From: Escherichia phage CMSTMSU
Sequence record: MH494197.1
Direction: 5' to 3' (one strand)
Length of the DNA stretch: 64,000 nucleotides
Below the pieces are notes generated by a model. That model had not been told where the DNA came from. It made no database searches and saw nothing but the letters and a program-made list of their open reading frames with translations. Of the stretch, positions 46,365 through 59,350 are shown piece after piece. A program made the translations under genes and the position numbers. How positions within the stretch are numbered: the stretch's first letter is position 1; every line of letters starts with the position of its first letter.

Positions 46365-46833
46365 AGTGCATTAAATCCATTAGTTAAGTAAGTTTCAATA
46401 TTAACTTTCCTACTGGATTACTACTATGTACATAGTATTTAAATGGTTCTTTAATATTATGCTCAAACATATAATCAATTAGAAATTTGGCAAAAGTGTA
46501 TCCAGTTTTCTCATCTGTACTCAAGTCACCCAAGTCATGGTCAAATGAGACAAATGCTGGAATTCCATTTTGATTACGTATTCACATGCACTTTCGTAGT
46601 CACGACACAATACCATCTCTTGGTCAGGATAATATTTTGATAATCACGAATATCATCCAAGAACATTGAGTACGACATTTTAAACTCCTATAGATAGCTG
46701 ATTAGTAAGTTTTCTTTTTGTACAAGATACTCTAATTCTTGTTTCGCAGTTCCGATGAAGTTCTGTGTCATAAGATTATTATATCCTGCTTCTCGATTTT
46801 GTCCCTTCGAATAACGAGAGATGTGACATAAAT

Positions 46834-47238
46834 TTACACCAGCCACCTCTGCACTAGCATGTTTGCCATATGCATAATTATCACGAAGTTTTTAAGTTCA
46901 GCATAAGTCATTTCATAACTATAGCTATGTGAGTGACCCTCTGGAAACAATTCAAGTGATTTTAATGGAGACAGGCGACTTTTGTCAATGATATAGTTCA
47001 TTTCTTCTTGAACTTCACGCTGTAACGCATCTTCTAATGACTTATCAGTACTTTCAACTGTTCCACCACATGCACCCAACAATCCATCCCAACGCACTTG
47101 TAGGAGTACTAAGTTAACCACTGGGATATCATTTAGTTCATAACCAGCGTATGGGGTACATTCTTTTGCATAAAAGAAACAGAATACAAAATTTGCACGT
47201 TTCCCCATTTGCCCCAGTGGTACTTCCGCTTTACTCAT
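46834..47238 (-). CDS. Nudix hydrolase
   Basis: Nudix box GACGGTVESTDKSLEDALQREVQEEM. Confidence 0.65.
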   Translation of the reverse strand: MSKAEVPLGQMGKRANFVFCFFYAKECTPYAGYELNDIPVVNLVLLQVRWDGLLGACGGTVESTDKSLEDALQREVQEEMNYIIDKSRLSPLKSLELFPEGHSHSYSYEMTYAELKNFVIIMHMANMLVQRWLV

Positions 47239-47307
47239 CGCATTCGTTCCTTAATTATAGTTTCAACCTGTGGAATTGCTTTCGTCGCAGGTTTGATGAC
47301 CTTCTCA

Positions 47308-47900
47308 TTAAAAGAAAATCATTATCATTTTTCGGATGTTAACATTTACACTATAGCATGGAAGTGCACCAGCTAGTCTGGACCATACCAGTACTGTATC
47401 ACTACTTCCAATAACTACAACTGTATCATTTTCTGTGAGACTTTTCAACACTTCATTTCGTTCTTCATAAATGGGGAGACGTACCCCATCAACGTAGCGA
47501 TGATACTCACCAATCATCACTACATTTGGTTTTGCAAAAACATCAGCTTTAGGAATATATGGTTCATAACCACAATTAATGACATTGTAATCATCAGTAT
47601 TAATAGAAAAGTTCTCAATTACTTCACATAAATTGCCGTGTAGTTTGAGTTCGGTTCCACCAATTCTAGTATATAGATCATCCATATTAGAAGTCATGTG
47701 TAAAAACAATCACCATACAAATCTTCTAATGATTTAATAAAGTAATGCATTTCATTAGGATGACATTCACCTAATTTTACACGCAATGTATTATAAAATG
47801 AATGAACTACATGATACTTAGAACTAAGTCGTGCAATGTTACAAACATCATTAATTTTGAAATTGTCCCACAACCCATCATCAAAGCGGAATGGTTCCAT
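47308..47900 (-). CDS. hypothetical protein (two fragments)
   Basis: ORFs 47694..47900 and 47308..47709. Confidence 0.25.
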
Positions 47901-48214
47901 CCCGCTCTCAACTGAAAGACCTGCCCTGAAATTATAAGTAATCTTTTGTTCCCAGCATTTTGTATAAATTTATCTGATATCACATTTACTCCTTATATAA
48001 AAAGTATCAAGTTTAATACTAAAAATACAATGATAGCAATATGATAGACATACATCCACTTATTGTGTCCATGTTTATTACCATTCCTGAATTCTCGGTA
48101 TAAACATTTAGTGTGATTGTATAACACCACACAAATAAACACAACTATGAAACAAAAATCCACTCGTAAATTATGTATGCCATCAGATACACTCTCTCTT
48201 TATAATTATTATTC

Positions 48215-48804
48215 TCAGTATTTCAAAATATCAAACTCTGGACTAACACTTGTTACATTATCACTAACAATTTTGAAAATAGACTCAACACGTTCATGTA
48301 ACTGAACATTGGTTTCTTCTTGAACTTCAATATACGCTGACATGGATGCAATTGCATGATAAGTCCCACTTCCGACAGCAGTAATTTGTGTTTTAGGTTG
48401 CAGTACTGAAAAGTCTTCTTGAACTTCATAAATCGTATGATTATGAAGAATAATGAACTGACCACCACCAACATCTTGTGATGCATCACGAGCACCCATT
48501 CATCTTTAAACATTTGACGAATGATAGGAATAACTTTCAGTACTAGATACTGTGAAAAGGTTTCCTGCAACTTGTTCTGGTAGAGTTAGGTTGTAATTCA
48601 ACAACTGTCCCATGCGGAACGAGGTAGTATACCCAACGCCATTACTTCTTTAGTGCGAGAAAGACCATCCTCATTGAGTTTAATGAACTCTTTCTCAAAC
48701 ACTTTAGGCTCAGTTTGAACTGCTTTAGTGAAACCATTGCTTCCTAATTTATCACCAGCGATGAAGGAAGATGTGCCATTTGTGTGAGCGATAATACAAG
48801 TCAT
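48215..48804 (-). CDS. HslV/proteasome-like Ntn peptidase (tentative, frameshifted)
   Basis: N-terminal MTCIIAHTNGTSSFIAGDKLGS and later ITAVGSGTYHAIAS resemble HslV T...G..IAGD and GSG motifs. Confidence 0.4.
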
Positions 48805-49150
48805 GAAATAACTCCTTGTGCAAAAGTGCCGTATACAACCAGTATATCAGCAACCCTAGTGTAAGTAAACATGCTCCATAAGAAATTGATAGAACATAGT
48901 AAATTCCTGCTTCGAACTTGGATGCAAATTTGTGTGTACTGGAATCCATAAAACCACGTTTGTAGTCTTTATAGATGAAACATGTTAAAACTAATGTAAT
49001 GCAATATACTATAGTTGTTGCATAAAAACAAGAGATGTTAAGTTTTGTAAATTTGTCATAGTTTATACACTCTAGTGTATGTGAACTTATAACAAAGGAT
49101 GTACCACTTTATCATCCTCTTATTATAATATTATTATTTTGTATCTAATA

Positions 49151-49522
49151 CTAATGAATGATACTACCTAATTCGAGCAACTGATCTGGTGTAAGTCTCA
49201 CAACTTCATTACCACGAACCTTACTAACCTCCACTAACAATTCTGGAGGAATACCATTCGCTGCATATAACGCAAATAGAACACCAACCTTAGTTGATAG
49301 CTGTTCAGCAAAAATAGTCATTTGGCGAACTGATATGTATGTGTCATCACTATTTCGTGCTTTACTTTCGATTGACACATTATGTAGACCTAGAATTGAG
49401 TCCTTCATCATGTATCTGTTTTCTATATTAGCACTAAAGAATGCGATAGTGCAAGAAGAATTACAATATCTTTCAACAATAATTGTTAAATTGTTATCAT
49501 TGACAAAATTTCCTAGTGCCAC
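49151..49522 (-). CDS. hypothetical protein
   Basis: 123 aa ORF. Confidence 0.3.
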   Translation of the reverse strand: MALGNFVNDNNLTIIVERYCNSSCTIAFFSANIENRYMMKDSILGLHNVSIESKARNSDDTYISVRQMTIFAEQLSTKVGVLFALYAANGIPPELLVEVSKVRGNEVVRLTPDQLLELGSIIH

Positions 49523-50034
49523 TCCGCATCAAAATCACCACCGTGACGTAATGATGATAGTGTCAAATGGGTGTGTTTCTCTAAAACCATCAAACGGTTT
49601 ACAGTATTTTCAGTTAAAGTTGAAATGAACTGAACTGTCTGTTTAGATTCATCATATCTAATGATACTTTTCTTTCAACACCTGCACTTGCAGGAAAGTT
49701 AATTAAGAAAATAATAATAATAGATTGGATGATTTCTTTACATAATCGTACCACTGGTTAACCCTCTTAGTTGATTGTTGATTACATAAATAATATTATA
49801 GGAAGATTTAACTTAAGTCAAATTGTTTTTATATCACTTCACAAATTCCCTCACAGAATCACCCGCCTTTTTACCTTCTTTTGAATGATTATATCACACT
49901 AATGTATAATGTCTATGCTTTTGTCAACAAATAACGTGGTAGTACTGAACTCGTTGTTGGTTCTAAGAGTTTTCCTGAAATTCAAACAAGTTGTGTACTA
50001 ACAAAGAAAAAGGAGCCTTATGGCTCTTTTTATT

Positions 50035-50295
50035 CTACGTATTAAGTTTCTGACAAATCATGTCAGCTTCAACACGGTCTTTATAATAAATGGTAAAACC
50101 AAATTTACCAGTTACTTTATACTCTTTACAAGTTAAACAATTTACAATGTAGTACTTGTTGTTTTGTGCTGAAAATCGTACTTCATGATTACGCATCACT
50201 GGTGGAGTAGTATTATCATTTAATACCATCATCACTAAGAGTACAAGAATCACAACTGCAAATGGAATACCTAAAATCAAGAAAGTCAAAGTCAC
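50035..50295 (-). CDS. small membrane protein
   Basis: Hydrophobic N-terminus LILGIPFAVVILVLLVMMV. Confidence 0.3.
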   Translation of the reverse strand: MTLTFLILGIPFAVVILVLLVMMVLNDNTTPPVMRNHEVRFSAQNNKYYIVNCLTCKEYKVTGKFGFTIYYKDRVEADMICQKLNT

Positions 50296-50317
50296 AACCC
50301 CTTATCATAAATGCAAT

Positions 50318-50767
50318 TTACAATAATCCCAGCATCTTCCAGTACTTTAATAGCTTCTGGTGGAGTGCGAGGATAACTTTGTGATAAATCACGCGAGCAA
50401 TACCACTTCCCGCGATCAACTTAGAACAAGTATAGCATGGTTGCAGCGTTGTGTAAAGTGTTGCTCCCTGACGTTCGGTAGGTGAACTGTATAACAATGC
50501 ATTCATTTCAGCATGGATTTCATGGATATTACTCCATTCATGGTGTTCATGCTTTGCGTCATCGCTAACCCAGTCTTGGAAACGTCCACCATTAACTAAG
50601 TGCTCATTAGCGTCACAGCAGTTAGGTTGTTTAGATGGAGTGCCATTATAACCAGTACTCAATACTCGGTTATTTTTAACAATAACACAACCAACTTTCT
50701 GTGAAATGCATTTACTCTCTTCAGCCACGACTTCGGCTATCTTCAACCACGTCAAGTGTTTCATCAT
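50318..50767 (-). CDS. cd: deoxycytidylate (dCMP) deaminase
   Basis: VLSTGYNGTP, HAEMNAL and PCYTCSKLI zinc-binding motifs. Confidence 0.85.
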   Translation of the reverse strand: MMKHLTWLKIAEVVAEESKCISQKVGCVIVKNNRVLSTGYNGTPSKQPNCCDANEHLVNGGRFQDWVSDDAKHEHHEWSNIHEIHAEMNALLYSSPTERQGATLYTTLQPCYTCSKLIAGSGIARVIYHKVILALHQKLLKYWKMLGLL

Positions 50768-51246
50768 ATACTCCTAGGGATTGTAATTTGGTTTTACAGT
50801 TCGAATGTATTTTAAGAACACGAAGGTAGTTTAGCACATCTGATTCTTCAATGTCAAATGGTTTCGCTGCATAAACGTCCCATGCTCCCATTAATTCTGT
50901 ACAGAACTTGATATCACCCGAACCCAGCAACTTGTCACGGAATTGTTTAAACTCGATTTCTTCATCGGATAATGAAAACCCAAATCCATAAAGCACATAC
51001 CACCAGCACTGAAGCATGACCCAGATGATGTACCAATTAAAATATCATCCATCCCATATAAGCCGTAAAAATATTGGAGTACCAAGTACTAAGTTTACTT
51101 CGGTGATGATATTTAAGAACATTCTTCTTGATATTTACATCTAATGAATTAGCTGTTGATATCACTTTTTGGTTAAAATAATAGTTTTGTTCAAATTACT
51201 CAACCATACTTTAGTATCAGTTGGGCTAAGAGCAGTGTATTTCATA

Positions 51247-51612
51247 TTAATCCTCTAAATTCCATTCATCAACCATAGTTGAGCATAATTCCATGTGTCG
51301 GAAATATTTCTCATTAAGTGAATATGGACTCTTATAAAATTGTCTTACATCAGTGAATATATCATAGTTTCTATATATAAATGACATATTTTTATTCATG
51401 AATTCTATAATCTTCCATAACTTTTCTGTATCGTTTTGTATAGTTTCTGCACTCAATCCCGTCAATTTCATTAGACGCTTGATTTTAAAGCCAGACTCTA
51501 TTGACGTATTGTTATGCTTGGTTAAGTAACTATAGCCAATGGAACTATATATTAGTTCAATACTATCAGTACTGGTTATTGTTCCTAGAAATGATTTTAA
51601 ATTTCTATTCAA
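51247..51612 (-). CDS. hypothetical protein
   Basis: 121 aa ORF. Confidence 0.3.
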   Translation of the reverse strand: MNRNLKSFLGTITSTDSIELIYSSIGYSYLTKHNNTSIESGFKIKRLMKLTGLSAETIQNDTEKLWKIIEFMNKNMSFIYRNYDIFTDVRQFYKSPYSLNEKYFRHMELCSTMVDEWNLED

Positions 51613-51881
51613 CCAATACCATTTTTGTTCTTGTTATAGCAAGAATACCACTTTTAACTATAGCTATTGCCTCTGAATTTAAACTTTCGGCAAATTCATC
51701 AATTAAAACATGTGATTGTAAAATAAATCACTTTGATCTTCAGATAATTTATATTGCTGCATATCCACCTACCCTATTAACAATTACACCTTGGGTATTT
51801 ACCTTGTATGGATCAATTTTTGATCAATAATTTTTGATATACAGCAAATAAAATGGGAATCATTAAAGATTCCCTAAGTAA

Positions 51882-52330
51882 TTATTTCTGGAATGGAGTG
51901 TACTGGTACTGCTCACAATCAGATACAGTTAGTACACCTTCATCATAACCGTACTGGAGAATAAGATCAAATGCTTTATCAACCATAGCTACAACGTCTT
52001 TGTAACGAACGATGGTGTGTGCCTGTTTCTCAACTGCTTTCATAATACCCATCAGCATCCAGCGGCCTTCATCAGTGTGAAGTTTAGCAAAACGAGGACG
52101 TTTAGTTGCTGCCATAATGTCAGTCCATTCTGCTTTAAACACTGATGGACGTTTAGGAATATCATACAGAGTTGTTGGGAATGTTACGTTGTTTTTCTTC
52201 ATAGCTTCAGCTTGTGCAGCACGATAACCTTGACGGAATAGTGGGTGCTGTGATTTTAGCTGTTCATTGTTAAAAACTACTTTGTTTTAAACGCGTCATA
52301 ACCTTCTTTGTATTGTGCATTAGACATATT
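51882..52330 (-). CDS. hypothetical protein (frameshifted near N-terminus)
   Basis: ORF 51882..52202 plus upstream frame. Confidence 0.25.
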
Positions 52331-52635
52331 ATTCTTTCCCTCGTCAGTACTGATGAATTTTTTATCTGAGAATGTGCCGTGTTCTTGACGCATAGCTTCT
52401 GCGTGTTGAACTGCGTTAATTGGATTAATGTTCTTTTAATAAGAACTTCTTGCATTAATTCGAGAACAATAGAAAAACCATTGAGTACTCGTTCTGCCTC
52501 GTCAACACCTTTCAATTCAATAGCCACTGCACTAATCTGATCTAATGCGGTATTAATAAACTCTGAATCATCTAACACATCATTGACTTCAGTATTATTA
52601 CGTACAAGAACTTTCATATAATCTCCAGAAATAAG

Positions 52636-52662
52636 ATGCCCCAAATGAGGCATCAAATGAAA
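52636..52662 (-). terminator. hairpin terminator downstream of clpP
   Basis: gatgcc ccaaatga ggcatc inverted repeat. Confidence 0.4.
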
Positions 52663-52668
52663 TTCAAA

Positions 52669-53363
52669 TTAGACCCACTCTTCCACGCCACCGCGACGTT
52701 TGACGAGATACTTACCTTCTTCGTTGCGTGGACCAAGGATGATACCATCAATGAAACCATGTTCACCGTATTCGAGTGCTTCTTCAGCGTTCAACCACAA
52801 GTCACGGTCTGCATCTTTCAGTAGTTGTTCGTGCGATACACCAACTGCTTCAGCAATTTCTTTCGTCAATAGTGTGTTCAATGCGTCAGAGTGTTTCAAA
52901 GAAATCTTCTGATCGGTAATCAGACCCTGAGTACCGGAACTCACTTGGTGACACATGAAGTAAGAACGCTTACCACCTAGACGGAAACCTTTAGTTCCAA
53001 CTACTGATTGTGTATAGCAACCCATTGATGCTGCATAACCCATTACTACTGTACGGATAGGAGATACACAAGACTTAGCAATGTCAGCGATACCCAAACC
53101 TGCGTGTACTGAACCACCGGAGAACTAATGTAGAAGGTAATTGGTTCAGAACCCTGAGAATCCAACCACACCAATTGTTGCTTGATGATATGTGCCATTT
53201 GGTCATTGAAGTCAGTATCAAGGAAAATGATACGGTCTTGCATCATACGAGATGCTAGGTCATAAGTACGTTCTGCACCATTAACTTTTTCAACTACATA
53301 AGGAATAGAAATGTTGCGAACTTCACCACCAGCATAACCACCAAAATTGAATTGTTCAACCAT
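52669..53363 (-). CDS. clpP: ClpP-family serine protease (one frameshift)
   Basis: RIIFLDTDFNDQMAHIIKQQL, GYAASMGCYT (Ser), MCHQ (His), DADRDLWLNAEEALEYG; fragments 53046..53363 and 52669..53097. Confidence 0.85.
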
Positions 53364-53803
53364 TGTTATTTTCCTCTATTGTTTCATTGTTGTGAGTATT
53401 ATATCACAGTGTTCGTATTTGTCTACAAGTTTCTTAAAAATCTAGTAAACCGCAAATTGTATGTTTATTAAACATATCGTGGTCAATCTTTAACAACTTA
53501 ACCATAGCATTATCATACACCGTAGAGTCGGTAATGTCAAACAAAGAATTTGTGTAATAACGTTCATTTTCTACATAAATGTATAAATCATTTGATTTGT
53601 CAAGATCTTCATAGAAGTTAGCATCAAAGTACTCTGCATTTCCATCAATCCAAACCTCAACTGAATCATCATCTAAGCAGTAGTTTCTTGCTTCTTTGAA
53701 TATATTTCCAGCTTTCTGGCTGCACTGGAGTAATGTTTATAACCATTAATCACGTACTTGATTTCATCATTGTACTCAATTATATATACAACAACATTTT
53801 CCA

Positions 53804-54199
53804 TCAGTACACTCCTATTGACGCAAGAGCATGAAGAAATTCATATCGTATACCAACTGGGATGTCATCAAAATCAATCTCAATCATTCTTAGTGAATTT
53901 GAAAATTGTTCGTATTTAAAGAACATATTAATTGATAAAGTACTGAATGGTAACACACCACCACGTCTATCATCATTAATTAGAACATACACCTTTCCCA
54001 CAAATGAATCTAAATCGTCTGCTTGTTTTACATCACTGGTGAAGTGATGCCTATCTTTCATCACAGTACCAGTACCATCAGGATTGTAGTATTGGGTTTT
54101 GTCACAAGAGTATAGCATACGCATACCCAATCGTCGAAACATATGACAACTACCCAATATAACAAGCATTTTATCATCAATGTGAAGTGTATGTATCAT
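53804..54199 (-). CDS. hypothetical protein
   Basis: 131 aa ORF. Confidence 0.3.
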   Translation of the reverse strand: MIHTLHIDDKMLVILGSCHMFRRLGMRMLYSCDKTQYYNPDGTGTVMKDRHHFTSDVKQADDLDSFVGKVYVLINDDRRGGVLPFSTLSINMFFKYEQFSNSLRMIEIDFDDIPVGIRYEFLHALASIGVY

Positions 54200-54208
54200 A
54201 ACATTACC

Positions 54209-54990
54209 TTAGATTTCAAATACAAATTTAGGATCGTAATCGAAGTTCTCACATGCACCACTGTAAGATTCATAACCTCTTGGATTACAAATGATACGAG
54301 TTTTCCCAATGTTGTAGTCAAAGCTACTATGAACGTGACCATGAATCCAAACATCAGCACCCAAATCTTCGATGTACTGGTCCATATCAGAACAATAACA
54401 TCCATTCAGTGAGTCATTCTTGTATCTCGGAGATACACTCTGATAACTTGGTGCATGATGTGTTACCACCACAACCTTGAAATCATTATCATTCATTAGA
54501 CGAACTGTGTTAACTGAATTTTTGATAAATTGTTTATCCTGATGATGCATGAACTCAACATCATCAGGTTTGAGCTTACGTTTCCACGGTTCTGATGTTG
54601 TTCCATGACGAATGTGTTTATAATCATTCATCTTTTGTTGAGCATCAAACTTAACCAGTGCGTTGCCTTTATCAAAGTCAGTCCACAGTGTACTACCAAC
54701 CAGCAGTACACCATCCAGCCATACAAATTTGTTTTGTAAAAGATGAAATTTGGAATCTCATCTTGCATATCGGACAGTACTTTATTAGTCTTGTGAATGT
54801 TTGAACCGTAGTACTCATGATTACGGAACCAGTACTACATTCTTGAACTGCTTGCACAGGGATTCGATGCCAGTACGATAACGACTACGTTTAACTTCAT
54901 CAAAATCCCCAGCAATAATCAGTACTGTATCACTGTAATCACCACTATGGAGGTAATCAGTGCCACCGTGTACGTCTGACGTTACAACAA
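54209..54990 (-). CDS. calcineurin-like metallophosphoesterase (frameshifted)
   Basis: C-terminal fragment has VVVTHHAP and GADVWIHGHVHSS; N-terminal part by hand translation has DVHGG-type motif. Confidence 0.65.
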
Positions 54991-55016
54991 ATTTCATAAT
55001 TACCTCCTATAAATGA

Positions 55017-56252
55017 TTAACCGAGTGATTCAAGAATACTATTAGAGAACACCTCAACAGCACTATCACGAATTTCTAAGATACGAGTATAGTCGTCACA
55101 GGTGTTTTTGTCAAATCTAAATTCAATAAACACTGGTAAAAATAGTGATGGCTCACCAGTACGCTTATCGAATACAATATCATTGCACTCTACGGTCACT
55201 ACTTGACCAATGAGTTCTTGCATTCTTTCCCAAATGGTTTTAAACGTCCATTCTGCGTCTTTCTCTTTAATTCCAGTACCTACATTAACTTTCAATGTAC
55301 CACAAGCACTTTCCAGTTGTAAAGAACCAAGGCTACCTTTACGCTTACCTTCACCTTCATTGAAACCAACAATACGCAAGTCCAATTGCATTTTAAGTTT
55401 CATTTTCAATTGCTTAGGAGAAGTGTGAGATTTCCAGATACCATCTTCACATTTCAGTACTGAACCCTCTTCACCTTCGTTCATTAGTTCACTATTGTAC
55501 TCAAATGCTTCTTTGATGTTTAGAACTTTACGGAATCCAACCATACGAACAAAATCACTACCGAGTTCGTTAATTGCATCTACTAAGATCTCGCGGCGTT
55601 CTTTGCGTTTTACATTCCATACACCTTCACAAAATGCATCATATGGAACAACATCCCAGAGAACGAATACAGTACGCATTGCTTCATTCTGACTGATGCT
55701 ATCTTTACCAGCTTTCTGAATGATACCGTTACCAGTAGTGCGTGGGAGAATGGTTTCTCCATCATTGTCCAGTACTACACCTTCACCCATAAAGACTACA
55801 CCACTACTAAAACGTTCATCTTTACTTTGGATGATGTGAGCAAGACCTGCCATTTCACCATCACGACAACCCGAAGTCGTATAGTTTGCCATTACGGGAT
55901 GTAGAAGTTAATGAACCATTAATGACAACGTGGTTCAAGTACTGACCATCCATTTTAACTTCTGATATAGCATAACCATAATCTTTGAAGTTAATGTTCT
56001 TTGCAGTCTTTTGTCAATCAAAGAACAACGCATGTATGGTTCGTCTTTGATGAAACCTTTCCCGAACACATCATTACAGTTCTTTTCTTGGATACCACAA
56101 TCAAGGTTCTTCGTGAGCATTTTACGAAGAACTTCTTGGTCATCTTCTGATACAGAACCCAGTACTGAAGCAATGAAGTCACGTCCAGCATTTCCGGTCA
56201 CACCACGTTTGTAAATGCATTCTAGCTTATCAATTGCTTCGTCTAATGTCAT
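55017..56252 (-). CDS. ATP-dependent DNA ligase (frameshifted)
   Basis: EGSVLK (motif IV), KMKLK (motif V) and OB-fold region in 55017..55892; KMDG-type motif I found by hand translation near 55940; N-terminal fragment 55935..56252. Confidence 0.7.
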
Positions 56253-56442
56253 ATGTTGGTATAGATCATCAGCTTGTGGTAGCTTTTTATATCCACTTAC
56301 AATTGAAGGGTCTAGTGTATATTTCAGTACTTTTTGTAATGTTTGGTTATCTTTGTTTTGTTCAAGGATAGCTTTTTACCCAGAGTACTGCTAGTATTTT
56401 TAATGCTTTCAAGAATTGCTAAAATGCTCATTGTATATTCCC

Positions 56443-56856
56443 TTATAGATAATACTTTCCAATGTAAAGTTTATTACTTAGTGATAGCTGGACGTGACAA
56501 GGTTTTTCTTGGTAGTAACGAGTTGATGATGTTTTATTTTCAGTCGGTGGGAAGAAAGGAGAACGGTATCCGTTCCATGTACCAAATGATACATGTTCGT
56601 TTAAATCCACATCCATTGTCATAATACCATTAGCATCAATTTCAACTGGATACGCACTGTATCGTTCAAATACATCAGTGTATTGAAGAATATAATCACC
56701 ATTACGACCATAATAACTTCTGGTTGTATTGTTCTTTACACCAAAGAACACACGATATGCTTGGTCACCAACTTTAGACATGAACGGTACGTTCTCGTTG
56801 AATCGTCCATTACTCATTATATCATCAGGATTGATTTCTTCGTACTTTACTTTCAA
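56443..56856 (-). CDS. hypothetical protein
   Basis: 137 aa ORF. Confidence 0.3.
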   Translation of the reverse strand: MKVKYEEINPDDIMSNGRFNENVPFMSKVGDQAYRVFFGVKNNTTRSYYGRNGDYILQYTDVFERYSAYPVEIDANGIMTMDVDLNEHVSFGTWNGYRSPFFPPTENKTSSTRYYQEKPCHVQLSLSNKLYIGKYYL

Positions 56857-57011
56857 ATCTTGTGCTTTAAACGACTTATCACTTATCAGTACTGGAATAT
56901 TGCTTTCACATAATGGGTTACTGCGATTTCGTTGGATATTTTGCCAAAATGCATTAGCTTTAACAATTTCATCTTGAACTGTAGTTTTTACATTCAGTGC
57001 AGCACTTGGTT

Positions 57012-57643
57012 CTAACGCATAAGTTTCAAGACGAGCATTAAGAGCATATGTCCACGAGTAGTATTATATACTAAGTGATATTTGGAACTCTTATCAGAAA
57101 ATGAAAACTCTTTAGTTTTCTTGATACAAATAGCATTTACTTTACCACAATAATAGTAATCTTCTTTATTGTGTCTAAAACCATCACCTACTTTCAATTT
57201 AGAAACAACTTCTTTTTGTTGTTCTTTCTTATTCTCCTTCTCAACCAATTTAGCAAAGGTTTTAGTTTTACCGTTAATTAGTTCTAAACTATTATTGAAG
57301 AACATAGGTTCAACAAATACACCCTTAACAATATCATTGTTGATGATAAGGTCGTTCATGTTTTTAGCACTCACCAAGAACTCGAAACCTTCAGGGTGAC
57401 GTATGGTGAAGTATGTTTCATGAGCATGAACAGTGAGCTTATGTACCACAGAAAATCCAATTGTAGGCACATTATCAATCCACAGTGAAGGTAGATTGTT
57501 TTTCTTAGCCCAGTACTCGGCCTTTTCTTTTTAGTCTCAAACGCTTTTGTGTGTGATTTTGTAGCATCTATAATGTAACCAGTAACTTGGTTATGATTTA
57601 CATATGAACGAGCCACAAATAACTTCTCTGGAAAATCCATCAA
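57012..57643 (-). CDS. hypothetical protein (two fragments)
   Basis: ORFs 57371..57643 and 57012..57470. Confidence 0.25.
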
Positions 57644-57704
57644 ACAGTCCTCATTGTGCTAATTGCTTTTAATGTGTTAAACAATGCACCATATTTTACT
57701 TGCA

Positions 57705-58058
57705 TTAGTTGATCCCAGCAGGAAGATTCATACGCATAACAGACATGTCTTCAACCATTTCAGATGTACATAGTACTGCTACACATGTAGTTGCATCATT
57801 TAATCCGGCTTCATTGAATTTAGCGAATGGCACTTTTCCCTGCTTACAAAGGTCATCATAATAAGAATTTAACTTATCATGACCACCAGCATTTAGTACT
57901 ACAATAGTTTCGTGGTCATAATACCATTCATCAATAATAGTACTGAAAGCAGTACCTTCATATTCTTTAATTAGTTTTATGCCAGCATGAAATGCTTGAA
58001 TGCCAGCTTGTACACCTTGGCAGTACATGTTTGTTAAGCAATATAATTTCATTTCCAT
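57705..58058 (-). CDS. hypothetical protein
   Basis: 117 aa ORF. Confidence 0.3.
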   Translation of the reverse strand: MEMKLYCLTNMYCQGVQAGIQAFHAGIKLIKEYEGTAFSTIIDEWYYDHETIVVLNAGGHDKLNSYYDDLCKQGKVPFAKFNEAGLNDATTCVAVLCTSEMVEDMSVMRMNLPAGIN

Positions 58059-58557
58059 ACCTCTTGTTTTTCTACAAACCCTTTACCATCACAATGTGGA
58101 CAAGCATAATAACTGCGATAGTCTTCAGATGGAACTTGTTGTGTACCATTACATGTAGGGCACACTTTACGTGCTCCAGAAATAATACGTTCATGGTGTT
58201 CAGCTTGTTTTGCTGAATCAAAATACGACCATCTTCAGTTTGGTATTTTTCTACCATAACTTGAATTACTTTCATTTCTATTTCCTTATAAAAATGTTAA
58301 ATCTTCAGTACTTAATTGTAATAATTTACCATCATATTCAATTTCAACATATACATTTTGGTCATAAACAGCAACTACACGACTAATAACTCCACTCTTC
58401 ACCACATTCTTTTGTAGTTGAATTCAACTGAGCAACCAATAAGTTTCTTTGATAGAATCTCACGTATTTGATTAGCATGGTCTTTTAGGATAGAATTAAT
58501 AGATTTTTTCACAACATATCTATCATTTAAGTATTTTTAACTACATCATGCATATTA

Positions 58558-59350
58558 TTACCTTTTGAAGCGGTTAAATGAGTACTCATCTTTTTCTTTA
58601 CGTAAGTATCTCATCCCACCACTTTGGGGAGTTGCAAGAGTCAAATCACCAGTTAAGAACTGACTATCAATCCAGATACGATTACCATAAATGAGTGGGT
58701 CGGATACTGCGGTATGACCACTAAAGACGCAATGGATACCATCAAGTCTAGGGACGTAATATGTGTTATTTTTCTTGCAGTAGTCGAATGTATCACGTTC
58801 CCACAAGCACTTCTCAATTATATCAGCACTAAGTGATTTTGTCCCACTAACGAAACGTTCCCATGTTGTATATTCCAATGGAACACCAGCATGAACTAGT
58901 CCAATCTTCAATCCTCGGTGATTGATTTGGATAATCATAGGGAGTTCCTTTAAGTACTGACGAAAGAACTGTATACCTGTCTCACCAACTTCATCAAGAA
59001 ATTTATCACCACCATTACTTTGCCAGCAATGATACCAATCCCTCATTGTTTCGGAGTCCACACACATCATCTCGTGGTTCCCAGCAATCATAAAACGGTT
59101 TTCACCGAAAAGGAATTCAAACAGTAGTTTGGAATTCTGGTCACCACGGTCAATAACATCACCTACACAAAAACATAGTCATTATTGGTAATGCCAAATT
59201 CTTTCTTGGTAGCATCCCACAGTTTTCCATTACCGTGTAAATCACCAACGATATATAAATCTTTATCATCCGGTACTGTAACTTCCAAAAATGTTTCATT
59301 ATTGTTCCAACCATATAATGTTAGTGTGTTTTGTAACTTGTGTACCTGCA
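58558..59350 (-). CDS. Ser/Thr protein phosphatase (lambda PPase-like metallophosphatase), frameshifted
   Basis: LYIVGDLHGNG in 59163..59627; GNHE (MIAGNHEMM) and downstream His-containing motifs in 58558..59091. Confidence 0.75.
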
